Shown: in pieces, positions 24,941 to 39,730 of the stretch
Layout: each line of letters begins with the position of its first letter
Numbering within the stretch: the first letter of the stretch is position 1
From: the human T2T-CHM13v2.0 reference genome, Homo sapiens
Length of the DNA: 64,000 bases
Reading direction: 5' to 3' (one strand)
Assembly: GCF_009914755.1 (NCBI RefSeq)
Contig: NC_060940.1
The notes under the pieces: model-generated
The model's database searches: none
Told to the model about the DNA's origin: nothing
The model's input: only the letters and a program-made list of their open reading frames with translations
Position numbers and translations under genes: made by a program

Positions 24941-27726
24941 ACAAAATTAAGATCTGTTGAAAGCTAACAATGAAATAGATACAATACAAAACATCTTACT
25001 ATTGACGCCTACTAGAATTCTGTGAGGTGGGTCACGTTACTAACCCAAAAAATAGATGTAAAAAGCAAGGCCTAGAAAAGACTAAAGAAGTTGCACAGAT
25101 CACATGGTCCATGCATAGCAGAACCAGAATTGAAACTCATTAAGAGTTCATGGGGTTCTAGGCCTCCAAAGCGTTCGTTCTTACAGTTAAATTGCTCTCC
25201 TTACCATTAATTGCTTGAAAAAAGGAAGATGTGCAAATCTTCTCTGGTAGTTTTTTTCATCAACGTTAGAAATATGAGGTTCTTACAGAAAAAAAGTCCT
25301 CTTGACACTACCTGATAGTCACCTCAGCTAGCTGGAGACTGTGTTGGAGGCAAGAGAAAGTTAAGACTTGTCAGAACAAGCGAATGAGGTACAGGAGCAA
25401 AGAGGCATTCACGTCCCTTCGGGTGACATTGTATCATTCATGAAATAAATGTGTCCTAGTGCCACAAATCTAAGACTATAGCAAATTCTGCCTGTAGGAT
25501 CTAATCAGCCCCAACCCCCCCCCAAAAAAATCTATGTGTGTGCTCCAGTTCTTCTCTTCCTGGTTATTTCCTCATGAGTGTCTCGCAGCATAGAAGAGGA
25601 CTTCCTATGTTAGCCTCTGACTTGAGCATCTAGACTGTGAATGACCTCTTCAGAAAAGATGCAACGAGCATATTTGGAACTGGGCAATTGTGTCATATTA
25701 TTGAAACCCACATCTGTGCAGATAACCCTTGAAGTGTTCCACGGAGTCCACAAAAAATTATACACACCACCACACCAACCATAATCGTAAATGGAAACTT
25801 TTTTCATTTTGCTTGAAAACAGATTGCCTGGTCTGTATCATTATTTGTGCCAGTGATATCGATACTTTCCTTGGCTTAGAGACATGCCTAAAGTGATTGT
25901 CGTGAATGCAAATTTTGTGGTAAAGGCCATTTATATTAGCAGACTCCTGACTTTTCAATCAATAATCTGTAAAATGTCATCTGGATTATGTCTCTCTTTG
26001 GATTATTTATTAGTATTCTTCCTGCTACAAACAGGATGGCAGATTTTTCTGTCTTTGGCAACAGGTCTGAAAATTTCTAAATGGTTTATTGACTTGGTCT
26101 TCCTACCCCCCACGGTCCCCTGCACACTCTGTTTTTTCTTGATAGACAACCTCAGGGTGTGGCTCTGACAGTTAAAAGCAAAACTGGACTTCCTAGGTGA
26201 AATCAATGTGATGTTTGCATTTATGCATCCTCTGAAAACTTTGAAATGTTCCTATCTGCTCTCTAGATCCTGGTCCAGTGAGTGTCATTTGCTCATCACA
26301 GAAGTATCTGCATTCAAAAGAAACTCTGTGAGCATGACCTTGAGGAGGCTTCCAAGAGCTGATCCAAGGAATTTCCTGACACTCCCTGGAAGATGGAAGC
26401 TGGTGTTTGCTACACACCTCCTAAGCACTCTGCCTCTCTAGGAGGGATGAAAATTGCATCTATACTGCTCAACAGCCCAGGAGTTAGGAGTCCTTCTATT
26501 TACTTTGCAGGTGAGGAAACTGAGGCCCCAGTGAGATTAAATAACTCACCTGAGACTACCCAGCTAGTAAGTGACTAAGGGCGATTAGACCCAAGTCACT
26601 GACATTCTTCAAGATCGGGGCTTCCCAAGCTCATATCCAAGTCTGGTGGGTATAAATCTCTTGGGGTCCTAGTTAAGCATATATCTAATTGTCCACAATG
26701 GGACAATTTTGAACCTGGAAGAGGGCGCTCTTAATAACTATGCTTGGACAACAGCATACATCAGGACTGTCCCATACAATCCAGGACATAGGTTTAAAGA
26801 TACTGCCTGAACTAAAGATAGATAGGTTTCCACGTCCCATCTCAGACACATTCAATCAAGTCTCTAGAGGAGGCTCTTGGAAACTGTCTATATAATAAGT
26901 ATCCCAGATGACTCTTATCATTGCAAAGAGCTGTCCGAATCATAGTTAGCCACTTTGAAGTCATCTAGAGAGCTTACTGAAACACTGATTTTTGGGTTAT
27001 ACCATCCTGTTTATTTATATTAGGTATGTCTGATCTGGTGCTCAGAATTTTGCATTTTTAACACATGCTTCCAATATTCTTGCTAAAGGTAGAAATCATT
27101 GTCAAGAACATAAGGACCGATTTGAAATGTAGCCTTCCATTTTGTTACATTTAGAGAGGCAAATCCTCATAACTTTAAACAAATGTATTCTATTCTTTTG
27201 TGAAGAATGTAATTAAAAAGAAGGAATATTCTCCACCACTCCCAGGCTGTTGTGTGACCTCAGGGCAAGTTACTTTGCTTCCCTGTGCCCCAGTTTACTT
27301 AGATTTACAAAAGGAATAATAATAGGAATATTTCAGTTTAATGAAAGTGTTTAGAATCATGCTCAGCATGTACAAAGAGCTCAGTAAATGTACCCTAACC
27401 GTTATTGTTTTCACTTGTACCTCCTTTTTCCCTAACCTGCTGAATGATTTGTATAGTCTTCTCATTTGTCAGTACATTATATATTACTTGATCTGATTAT
27501 AATATAATGTGCTTCCTAAACTCTTGACCACCCTATTGTCACCTAACTTCTGGTCATCTTTTGTCACTCTGCTCAAAATCAATTTTGTTTAATCCTCATT
27601 TCATCCAAATTTGTCCTAAAATACAATGGCGATAAGAATTTTCTAAAATAATAACATGCTAACAATAAAAAGGAGAAAGAACTTGTATTCTAAAAACTGG
27701 AAAAGACATCATTAAAATATTTTTTT

Positions 27727-28035
<309 letters not shown>

Positions 28036-28311
28036 TTAACTTGCTTTATAATGTCTCTATAGTATTCCATTTTAAGTGTATATCATATTTTAGTTAACCA
28101 GCTGCAGATTGCTGGAGATTTAGGTTGCTTTGATGTTTGGGTACTGTAATTATTTGTTTACTTATTTTTTTTTTGCTTTGATTAGCTATAATTTCCTCTA
28201 GATAAAGCCAAAAGAATAATTTTGAATTTGATCAATTTCATTCTGTTATGAATGGAGTTTGAAACATAAATCAGCAGCTTTTCTACTATGTTTCTCCGAT
28301 AGGGCTCATTC

Positions 28312-28641
28312 TTTTTTTTTATACTTTAAGTTCTAGGGTACATGTGTACAATGTGCAGGTTTGTTACATATGTATACATGTGCCATGTTGGTGTGCTGCA
28401 CCCATTAACTCATCATTTAGCATTAGGTGTATCTCCTAATGCTATTCCTCCCCCCTCCCCCCACCCCACTACAGTCCCCGGTGTGTGATGTTCCCCACCC
28501 TGTGTCCAAGTGTTCTCATTGTTCAATTCCCACCTGAGTGAGAACATGCAGTGTTTGGTTTTCTGTCCTTGCGATAGTTTGCTGAGAATGATGGTTTCCA
28601 GCTTCATCCACGTCCCTACAAAGGACATGAACTCATCCTTT
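28312..28641 (-). mobile_element. L1PA 3' end, about 330 bp, 5'-truncated
   Basis: ttatactttaagttctagggtacatgtg...cccattaactcatcatttagcattagg; [29 protein letters not shown] is the ORF2 C-terminus. Confidence 0.95.
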
Positions 28642-29489
28642 GTAATTCTTTCTCACCTCAATTTCTTCTAATGAAAAACAAGGCCAAGAATTGGCTACAA
28701 TGAATACTGCTAAAAAATAAAAAACAAATGATACTCTGAAATCAGAAGAAAAAGGGCGTCATTCTTTGTCTAACGGCAAAGAAAAAAAAACCTTTCTCTT
28801 TCACATTTAAATCCAAATAATGCCCTCCAAGGCATTAGTCTTCAACCTCAAGGATAGAAGAAGGATTTTGAAGGTGATGATGGATGGTTTTCATTTTATT
28901 ATTTGAGGTGAAAGTAAGTGTTGTGGTGGATCTACACGATACCAGGGAATCCATATGTCTTCTACACGGGGTGTGAGCCAGTACCCCATATTCATAGTTA
29001 TACTGCATATTTGTAATGGAGACTGAAAACAACAAGAACTTGACAGGGGCATCACGTAGAGATCTATTTGCACATTTCTGATGTTTAAATACCCAAATAC
29101 CGTCCTTTTGCACTTTTTTCCTACATGGAAGGGAGAATTGGCAGATGATGCTGTTAGCATTTGATAAGATTTAACCTGCAGTCAAAATAATCCCATTAGG
29201 TTTATTTTTTTAAGCTCCTCAATAAAGTAAGACCAACATTGGGTGTGACTGGTTGGAATTATGAGGACAGATACACCTGAATCTGAACTCACACTCAGCC
29301 AAATGGCAGCTGTGTGACCCTGAGAAAGCTCCTTAACCCAGCACCTAGTAGGGGATCTGGCACGCAGAGGGCTCTCAACAAATGCTTCCTGTTCTTGTGA
29401 GAAACTGGCCAGGCTATTTCATTTGCTAAAATCTGTGCAGCCACACAGAACTTCCATGAGAAAGAAGGATTCTTGCTGGAGGAATAGAA

Positions 29490-30080
29490 CTTTCCGTTTT
29501 GACTGCAGCTGCACGTGTGGGCGTGCAGATGTGAGAGTGAGAGGTGTGCAGACCCAGGCCTCCCTCTATGCAGGGCTCTTGCCTTCCAACCAGCTCACCC
29601 CCGGGGCCTCACCTAGTGAGTGGGTCACAGACAGCAGCATGCGAGTAGCAGCGAGCCAGGAGTCTCGGTCATACCATTTGCATAGCACGTTAGAGTTGAC
29701 AAGGAGCATCGGCTCCAAACCCAAAGCGAAGCTGTTCCCTGGATCTGTTTTAATGGGCATCTGCGACTTTTGTCCTCAGCACGGCTGGAGTACATCTTCT
29801 CTGACACGGCTCCCAGCCCTCCCTATTATCGAGAAAAGTTCTTGCGCTTCGCATGCACCGAGCGGGGAACAAAAGCGGCAGGGGAGGTGTCAGAGAAAGA
29901 TCTGAGCCGGGTTTATAAATGATATGCTGGCAGTCAGCTCCGCCGGGCTGGGGACAGTCCGGCCATTATCAAGGTCCAGAGGGGTTGAACTGGCAGGTGG
30001 ATTCCAGCTCTGTGGCACAACCCGGGCCAAGAGCTCAGGGATCTCCTAACTCCTGTCTTAGGTACCAAGTCACCGGTCAT
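29490..30080 (-). promoter_or_regulatory. CpG-enriched candidate promoter and first exon
   Basis: About 25 CpG in about 590 bp of non-repeat sequence; TTTATAAA at 29912-29919; GGCGGAG at 29938-29944 (minus); octamer ATGCAAAT at 29676-29683; minus-strand donors TAG|GTGAGG (exon end 29613) and GGG|GTGAGC (exon end 29599). Confidence 0.5.
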
Positions 30081-32711
30081 GTTACCCCAGAGGTCAGACT
30101 CAGGAACCATGGATTCTTTTGTCCCAGGCGAGAACAGTGGGTCAAGTGCAATCACCTTTGTTTCTCTCCGTGGTGGAAGAAAGGGATGTGTGTGTATGAG
30201 TGTGCGTGCATCTATATGTATACATGTATATATAATTTTTAAATTAGGGAGTGAAGGAATTCCACTCTTTTTAATATTGTCCTTTCAATGATGTCTCTAT
30301 TTGCATAGTTCGATCCTCTTTCCCTACTCAGCGTCAACATTAGTGTGACCTTTTCCTGCTAATTGGAAAATCGTACGGAAATAAACCCTGTCAGAAAATG
30401 AGAAGTGACTCCCCCTTTGGATGGCCAAACGGCCTCAGAGGGGGAAAGAAGTTCTGAATTTCTGTTCCTTTTGCACACACTGCAAAATCTTTATTACTTT
30501 GGAGAGCCTTGAAGCTCAGTAATGCTCCTCCAGTGCAAGGCGGAGTAAATAAATTTCTTCTTATGACCACTTTGGAGAAACACACAACCAGATTTACTCA
30601 GCAGGGATAGATAGTGGACAGGATAATGAAGACAGAATAAGAATATGATCGGGGTTTACAGCCTCTTCTGTCTCTTTAAAGAGTTTTAATCCTTCAGAAA
30701 CAGGATACGGGGTCCATTTCCTTAAAGATACAGTGTCCCTTCTGGGACACGTAATGTTATAAAAAGCTAAGATGTAACATCTATCTCGCAATATTGATTG
30801 GCACTTTAGTGTGATAAAAGGGGTTGAACCTGAAGGGGAAAAGAGGAAAAAGGTAACTGAGAATTACTCTTTGAAGAATTCAAAGTGTCCGTATCATCAT
30901 ATCAGGCCAAACTCCAACGACGGGGAAACAAAAGCATGGCTTGGGCCCAGTGACATCTGCCTGCATGGCGACATGGTCAGGGCGGGTTTCAGGGATAACT
31001 GATTCACCTCCATCTGGAAATGACTGTGTTTTGAAAAGCAATTCTAGTGATTCTTATGTCATATTCTGGTGATTCTGAAATTAACTCAAAATGAGTCAGG
31101 GCAGATATTCTGATCCATTCTCGAGGGGCTAAATGGCAAGGTCCTGTCTCATGAGAGGTGTTGTTAAGCGTTCCGGTGACCCAGCTGGTTGACCTCAAGG
31201 CCCTAGATCTGGTGAAGTTGATTCTACAGACCCTCTTGTGTGCCCACCATCACTCCCCCTGCACCTGAGCCTGGTCCCTCCATTGCTCTTCCCCCAGATG
31301 TGGTGATTGGCTGTATCTGCAGCAAATGATGACAGCTAACATTTGTTGAGTACTCACTATGCAACAGGTGTTTGCTAATTCTCATAACTTCAGTGGCGGG
31401 GTTATTAACTCAGTTTACAGAATAGAAAAAGGAGGCTCAGAGACGTCCTCTGCCTTGCCCAAGGGCACACAGTGTGAAAGGGCAGCAGAGCTGGGACTCA
31501 AAGTAAGTCACCCCGAGTCTGAATCCCATATTGTCCTACTCATAATGCCCAGGTCAGGCTCCTAAGAGGGACTTGAGGTTGTCCTCCTGTGATGAGGCAT
31601 CCAAGACCCTACACCTTCCAAAGAACCCCGATCTCCTTTCTATTTGTGGAGGACCCCAAGTGTTTTCTAGCTCATCTGTTTAGAAAGTTACTTCTCTCTC
31701 TAGACCAAATACCCCTTCTCTCTTGTACATCCTATCAGGAAAATGCAATGAGGTCATTGCCAATTTCAAAAACAACTACCTTACAACCCATTCGGGTTTC
31801 ACTCTGGAACTAACCACCAGCAGACACCAGACTGACCTGGGTCTGCTCAGGAACATACGGCCTGCCTCTCCATAGGCCTCCTCACCCAGAGGATAGCTGC
31901 TGTCTGTGCAGGAACCCAGAGGATCATGCCCTTCACACATGCTGGGACTAGGGGGGCATTTCGTGGTGATGTTTGGCTTCAGTTTAAAACTCTCTCTTGC
32001 TTTAGGCCATGAACACCTTTTACACCTGTCTTGTCCAAGATCCTCCTTGGGCTGCTAGCTAGATTGAAAACCTAACTGCTTGCCTGTGCGTTGTGAAAGG
32101 CCCTTTGCAATCTGCCTTCAATTCCTCTCAGCACACCATATTCTCCCTCAGTAATTCCAAGCACACACGCTCTATGCTCCACTCATACTGAACTTTTCAT
32201 CGTTTTCCAAAAGTATGGCACCCTTCAAAAGTCTTTGCCTTTGCACTCTGGTTGGCTTTCCTCCTTTAAGGCACAATGAAAAGTCACCTCCTCCAGGAAG
32301 CTCCCCAGGACTGCCCCAGCCTGAATCACATTATGTATGTACATCTCTGCTCTGGCTTCCTCTGGCCCTTTAAACCTTCTCCCCAACCCCAGCTCTTGTC
32401 AGCAACCTGTGTACAGATGATTTTTCATATGTGCCCTCTCTGTCTCTCCAAATGAGGATTTGTTAAAGCATGGACTCTATGGACCTAAACCAGCTATGCT
32501 TGTTGGTGAAATGAGCAGGCGAGTAAGTTAACCAGCACTTCTAAAAGCCCACTATGTGCCAAATCAGCAATAGGCCTTGGAGTTACTGACTCATATAGAA
32601 CAATCCTTGACCTTAGAAATCTGTCTGCCTCAGGCGAGTTCTGACCCCAGCAATAGGATTTGAGTCTCCAGCTGTGGACAAACGAAATTCTATAGCAGAT
32701 AAATGACACCA

Positions 32712-33137
32712 TTGCAGATCCTGGCTGATTGTCCACCAAATCATTTTCTTTTCTTTCTGAGCACACCGCTGGACTACCCTTTTCCAGCCCCCTTTGCAGT
32801 TAAACGTGATCACCTGACTGCGTACTCAACAGTAAGCAGAAGTGATATGCATCCCTCCAGGCCCCACGCTGAAAAACCTCCCGCTGCTTTTCTCTGTCCT
32901 TCCCAGCCAACAGTGGGCTGGAGAGGGTTCCCAGGACCCAGTAGAGGGCAGAGCCACAAGATAGAAGAGGCCTGGGCTGCTGAGACCCTGGGTATGGGAG
33001 GGACCCTGCAGGGACCTGCCCTGGGAACCTGTTCAAGCAGGCATTCCAGCCTTCAGTGAGCAAGAAATACAAAGTTGAATGTGTTAAGCTCCTGGAATGT
33101 CAGAGTTGTGTGGTACAGCAGGTGGCCTGCCTAACAG
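32712..33137 (+). mobile_element. MLT1J-like MaLR LTR
   Basis: ttccagccccctttgcagttaaacgtgatcacctgact...gcagaagtgatatgca...ggcagagccacaagatagaag...gtgagcaagaaata...tgtgttaagc. Confidence 0.7.
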
Positions 33138-33141
33138 TGAG

Positions 33142-33143
<2 letters not shown>

Positions 33144-33181
<38 letters not shown>

Positions 33182-33182
33182 G
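33144..33182. repeat. (TG)n microsatellite
   Basis: Seen directly. Confidence 0.95.
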
Positions 33183-33813
33183 AATACAAGGTCTCTTAGA
33201 CTTACTATGTGCTCAAGAGGAAACCCAGATGATCTGAGAAGGCCTGGCCCACATTCTTTTTTCACTTGCAGCTTCCAGGCTTGAGAATCCTACAGACACA
33301 CTGGCCACTTCCCGGGGAAGCCTGATCCTTCCTCTGCCTCTCCATCAGCTGTCATACAAGTGGCATGCTCACTTGAAATGCTGCTTCACGATTGAGTCCT
33401 CATTTTGGAAAGTGACTACATTCTCTGTGGGGTTCAGTTTCTCTTTTTGCATTTGGAAAACTCTCTTGGCTTGTTTATCCGAGGACTGCAAAGCTAAACA
33501 GTGGGGCTGCCTTTGCTCATCCCTTCCTTGATGCCCCAGAGAGGTGTGTTGCTGAACATAGTTAACAAGGAGTAGAGGTAGCTCTCTACTAAGTGGGAAA
33601 GGCCTCCTGCTTTGGTGTTTGCAGAAAAATTCTCAGCACATCTGAACGTGGTCCTCCCACCTCCTTGTGTGTTCAGGGTTCATGCTCCAGGCTTGCGGGA
33701 GAGAGGTTTTATTGTTGTTGTGTCATTTTGTTTTGTTTTTAGTGGCAGGGTGCTACAAACTAGGAAGTAGCATAACTGTGACTTTAAATGCTGCATCTCT
33801 ATGCAGAATGATC

Positions 33814-33861
33814 ACCCAGAATCTCAGAGTCACAGAGACCCAGAATCTCAGAGTCACAGAG
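33814..33861. repeat. 24-bp perfect tandem duplication
   Basis: acccagaatctcagagtcacagag twice. Confidence 0.95.
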
Positions 33862-34971
33862 CCCAGAGACCTCTGAATTCCAGAATCTTGGAATTGTGGA
33901 TTCAGGGACACTTGGAAACAGATTTTTTTTTTTAAGCAGTATCCAAGGCCACTAGTTTCTGGGGCTTCAGCAACCAGAAAGCCCATTGCCCACCCCACTG
34001 AGGTGTGGCAGGAAGTGACATCCCAGGTTTCCAGTGACAAGTGTCGGGCAGAAGCCTGGAACGGCAGCCTGAACACACAATTGTTGCCTCAACACATTGC
34101 TGGGAAATGTGGCAGCTTCACCATGGATGGGCTTCCTCCAGGGCTGCCTTTTTCACTTTGTTACCCCTGGAAAAAGTGCAATGACACCGAAAAAGCCAAG
34201 CCACTAGTTTTTCACACCCCAAGATAAGCATGCCGGGACACCATCCAGTGATGGAAATGTCACCGTTGAGATGACATCTCTCTTTTTGGCCCTGGTTCTT
34301 GCCTCTGGATCTGGGCTGCCCAGAAAGGATCTGTCCAGAGCTCTGTCCAGGACTAGTTCTTAGGGGAGATGGCACCTGCTTGAGGGACCTGGGAAAGTAA
34401 CTGAATCACAAAATGTTCTGCCAAGAAGCGGAGGAAGCCACACCCTCAACTCAGAATTAAATCATCCTTTCAGCTTCAGGAGGGTTTAGGGCCAAGCTCC
34501 GGGCAAGAATAATGTCACGGGGAGACTCTTTTACCTGTTTCTGTCAATGCAAGACTCCTTAGAAATAATCACGTATTCCACGTCTTCTATAATTATAGAG
34601 GGTGCTCTGGGGCACTTGGGTCTCCATGTTGGTCCATGGCTGGGAGTAAGGAGGTGTCATAGCACTGAGGTGGGGTCAGGGTGGATGCCTGACGTTGCCT
34701 TTTATGAGCTGTGGGAATTTGGGCAGTTTCTGAACTCCTCTAAGCCTGAGAATTGTTGAAGGAATCCCATAAAATAATAACAGTTAATATCCATGGAGCA
34801 CTGGGTGCTAGAAATTGGGCTACATATCACCCCAATAAACCTCAGCAGCTAAGTTTATTTATATTTTTTAACAGATTTAACCAATGAAGAACCAATGCCC
34901 AAGAACCCTCAGCTAATAAAAAGTAGAGGCAGATAGAACCCAGTCACTGGCTTTCAACCAAACCAACAGGG

Positions 34972-35167
34972 CAGGGCTTCTCGGCCTCAGTGCTATGGGC
35001 ATTTGGAGCCACATAATCCTTTGTGGTAGGGGAATTGTAGTGAATATTATAGGATGTTTAGCTAGATGCCAGTAGCACCCTCACCCAAGTTGTGATTACC
35101 AAAAACGTCCCTAGACATTGCAAAATGTTGCAGGGAGGTATTAAATTACCCTCATTTCTGAACCACA
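34972..35167 (-). mobile_element. MER20
   Basis: gggcatttggagccacataatcctttgtggtagggg...taggatgtttagc..tagatgccagtagcacc...agttgtgattaccaaaaacgtccctagacattgc. Confidence 0.85.
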
Positions 35168-35396
35168 AAAATAGATGGAGAATCAAGTGGGATATGGTGC
35201 CTGGAACATGGAGTATCAACTCAATATATGTCAGTATAATTCAAAATTTGTAACTTTTGGCTTATAACGAATGTCAAGGGCTGCGAGAGAGGGGAGAGAG
35301 ACACAGTGATAGATAGAGATGCCAAATCAGTCTTCTCTGACTCCAAAATCATACAAAAAAAAATGAAATTTATAAATGATGCAAACTCACCAGGAA

Positions 35397-35737
<341 letters not shown>

Positions 35738-36261
35738 TGAGGCTAATGGTCCCTCACACACTTGATGGCATGAAGTGTGCTACATAATATGATCTCCGTA
35801 TCAGGGGAACGGGCACTGAGAGTCGCCGGTAGGGAGGAGCGTCATCTGCATAGCACCTGTTGTATATCATGTCCTGCTAGGATCCTGGTGTTCCTGGACT
35901 GTTTAATTCCCCTAAGAGCCCTGTAAGGTGGGCTGCTATTTTTCTGCCTTTGGAGAGGAGGCAACTGAGGTCCTGAGAGGGTAAGGGACTTGGCTAAGAG
36001 TATACAGTCTGCAGCCCAGACAGGATTTAAATCAAAATCTTTTAGACGATGGTCCTCACTCCCTGAAGGAAAAAAGAAAAGCAGATCTCAAAGTCTTATT
36101 TAGTGTCTTGTGGATGGGAATGATCATCGTTAACACCTAAAGCCCTCCTTCAGTGTTTTCTAGACCCACAAACCTTTCTGGGGATCACTGCACACTTACC
36201 AGCATGCCATGGTCTTCATGGAGACCAGAGATAAGTGGGGTAGAGACACATAAGCAGATCA

Positions 36262-36563
36262 TTTCTTTTTCTTTTTAAATTTTTGAGACAGAATCTCACT
36301 CCCATCACCCAGGCTGGAGTGCAGTGGTGCCATCACGGCTCACTGCAGCCTCAACTTCTGGGGCTCAAGTAACCCCCCAGTTCAGCCTCCCAAGTAGCTT
36401 GGACTACAAGTGCGCACCACCGTGACTAATTTTTTTGGGTTTTCAGTAGAGATAGAGTTTTGCCATGTTGCCCAGACTGCTCTCAAAGTCCTGGCTCAAG
36501 TGATTCTCCTGCCTTGGCCTCCCAAAGTGCTGGGATTACAGACATGAGCCATGGCACCTGGCC
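36262..36563 (-). mobile_element. AluJ-like, full length
   Basis: gagacagaatctcactc...catcacggctcactgcagcctcaacttctggggctcaag (J-type)...gagccatggcacctggcc. Confidence 0.93.
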
Positions 36564-38291
36564 ACAGTAAACAGATGGATTCAATGGAAGGTCAGGGATG
36601 CAACAGGAGAGGAACACACGAGATGGTGAGGAGCAAATAGGAAGAAACCTAGTTCCTGGAATGTGTCTGCAATTCACCATTATGTGTGCTGGGTGACAGG
36701 CACACAGGCCACATGTACCTTTCGGCCATAGTGGGAGTGGGGACAGAAGCAAATCAGGGGGACTTCCCAGTAGAGGGGAGAATGGGTGAGATTTGAAGGA
36801 TGGAAAGCACTGAGACTCAAGAGAGAAGTAGAGAAGGTGTAACTGGCCAGATAGCCAGGAATTGCAACCATTCCAACAGTTCACATCTCCTTGTAGGGAC
36901 AAAAGGGATTGGTACTGGGTGATAGCAATGTGCCATTTTATGCCCATTTGTCCAAGGAAAAACTGTCCTGCAGGACAAAACAGTTCTCCTTAGGTGTAAT
37001 TTAATTAGATCCTCTCCACTTTGAGCGGGATTTCCATGCCATCCTGGAGCCCAGAACCATGGAAATGATAAAGCTGTCTCAAAAGGAACAAGAATTGAAT
37101 TCTAGTGAACACACACACAGAAAAAAATAACAATCCCACAAAACACACCATGTGTATGAGAAATCCAGAGAGATAGTGTCAGATTAGAAGGAAAAAATAA
37201 GTGGGAGAGAGAACCCAAGTGCTGGCAAAGCTCTTGGCAGGGGATTAAAAAACCTGTTTGGGAGACAGTCAGAAATTGTTTCATAACATTTGAAAACCCA
37301 AGTTGGCTCAAATATAAAAGATTTCTTCTTCCTTGATAAGATTAGTTTTTCCCCCTCATCTATTTCAACAGCACCGAAATAATCTCCACTTTAGGACAAT
37401 TAATCCAAAGTCTATCTTGCAGGATCCTAGTGAAAACTCCAGAATACATTGGCAGTACTTGCACCTATCTCCCCAGTGTTTCACAACTTTCCCTGCTGGA
37501 AAACGTATCTCACATTCTTAAAATAGAGTCTTATCTATGGCTGAACTTGATGGACATAGAGTTGAATTGACAGCTCAAAAGGAGGCAGGAGGAACCCCAG
37601 GTCAGATGTAGCTCAGGCTGTGGTCGTCCTGTCCCCAGGGATGAAGTTTTGCTCCAGTGGGATAAGTACAGCCCAGCGGAGTCAAAGGACAGTTAAAGAG
37701 AAGTGGCTCTGAGGTCCTCCCATGGCCATTGGCCATACAGTTCCAACCCCAAGGCAGAGAAGTGAGAGAAGGAGCCTGGAATTTGGTGCTGGAGGACCAT
37801 GAATGTATTGCTCTGGCCTCCCTGAGCCTCAGCCTCCTCTTCCATGGAGAACGTCCTATCTCCCTGGTTTGAGAGTTATGTGAGAATAAGCATACAGTAG
37901 GGACTCAAATATGATTTCTTTGGAATCTAAACTAAAGTTGTTTCTAGTACTCAAGAGATAGGAAATGTGGTACAAAAAGAAATTCCCCTGTGGCAATCCG
38001 TGTTGAACTTTTGCAGGGAGAGATAGGAACAGATCAACTCTCCCGGCCTCCACTAGCAAAGTGGCTATGGGCGGCGTGTGGGGAGGGGAACGTGGTGGGG
38101 TCCTAAGTCTTCAGCATCCCTCTGTCAATATTCCCAGAGGGAGATGAGGCTCTTTCCAAATTGAACGTACATGAGTTCCAAATAAGATTCTGAACAACCA
38201 GAAAATAGCCTCGTAATCCTTCTACAACTAATGTCTCTAGGGAATTCTCCATGCCTCTCTCCTTTCTCCTCCCCGGAGAGCCTCCTCTTCC

Positions 38292-38545
38292 TACACATAC
38301 ACATTCATACACACACGCACATGCACACACACACGTGCATCCCCAGGCACTCTCACCTACACACCCACACGTGCATTCAAGCACGTACACACTCAATGCA
38401 CTTATGCATACTCACACTCACAAATGCATGCATTCACATACACTCATACATGTGTGCACACACACACACACACATGCACTCACACACCCTTGCAATGCAC
38501 ACATTCATGCACATGCTATACCCTGCCATCACACATGCGACACAA
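38292..38545. repeat. CA/CATG-rich degenerate microsatellite
   Basis: Seen directly; explains the His/Thr-rich ORFs. Confidence 0.9.
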
Positions 38546-39214
38546 CTCTCTAAAACCCAATTTTTCTTGCAAGCTCTCAATTTTAACTAACGAGCAGGAA
38601 ATTCACAGGCCACATCATCATCTCGGGTGTCATGATGCAGTCTGGTGGCCTGGTTTTGTTGAAACCAATGCAGCGCTTTTCTGGGTCTAAATCTCTTATT
38701 CTTGCTATAGAACCTTCCCAGCCTAATATCAAGCATGCTTGAGGCTTTCTCCCTGCCTTCCTCACGTGCCTTCCATCTCCTCAACCTTGTGACTCACATT
38801 TCTGCAGCCTGGAGCTGTATTCCCTGAAGATTCACACCCCTAGGTCTCTGAGCATGCTCTCCTGTCTCTGCTTTGCCCAGCTCTTTCCTTCACCATTCAC
38901 TCCACAGGGCCTTTGGATGTGCTGTTGCTGCTGCCTGAAACACTTCCCCCCACTTTCCACTGGCTCTCAGTTTAGTTATTATGTTTGCAGGGACATCTTC
39001 CTGAACCTCTGTATAAAATAAGTCCACCCTACAAACATTCTGACCACACCTGGGTCCAAGGCCACATGCTGTTGCTCTTGGGCCCCATAAATGCTTGCAC
39101 TTGTGGGTCTTTTCCTCCCTTAAAAGGCATGAAAAATTATATTTGACAACTTGTATGAAGGTGAATGTAGTCCAGGCTGGGTTTATTACTATCTAAGCAT
39201 TATTATTCTATTCA

Positions 39215-39730
<516 letters not shown>

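Noticed and set aside
28835-29180. Possible minus-strand second exon after ttttgactgcag|G near 29175
   Set aside because: Weak polypyrimidine tract, no convincing donor, and no recognisable peptide
38069-38100. Potential G-quadruplex
   Set aside because: Four G-runs but two 8-nt loops; weak and common
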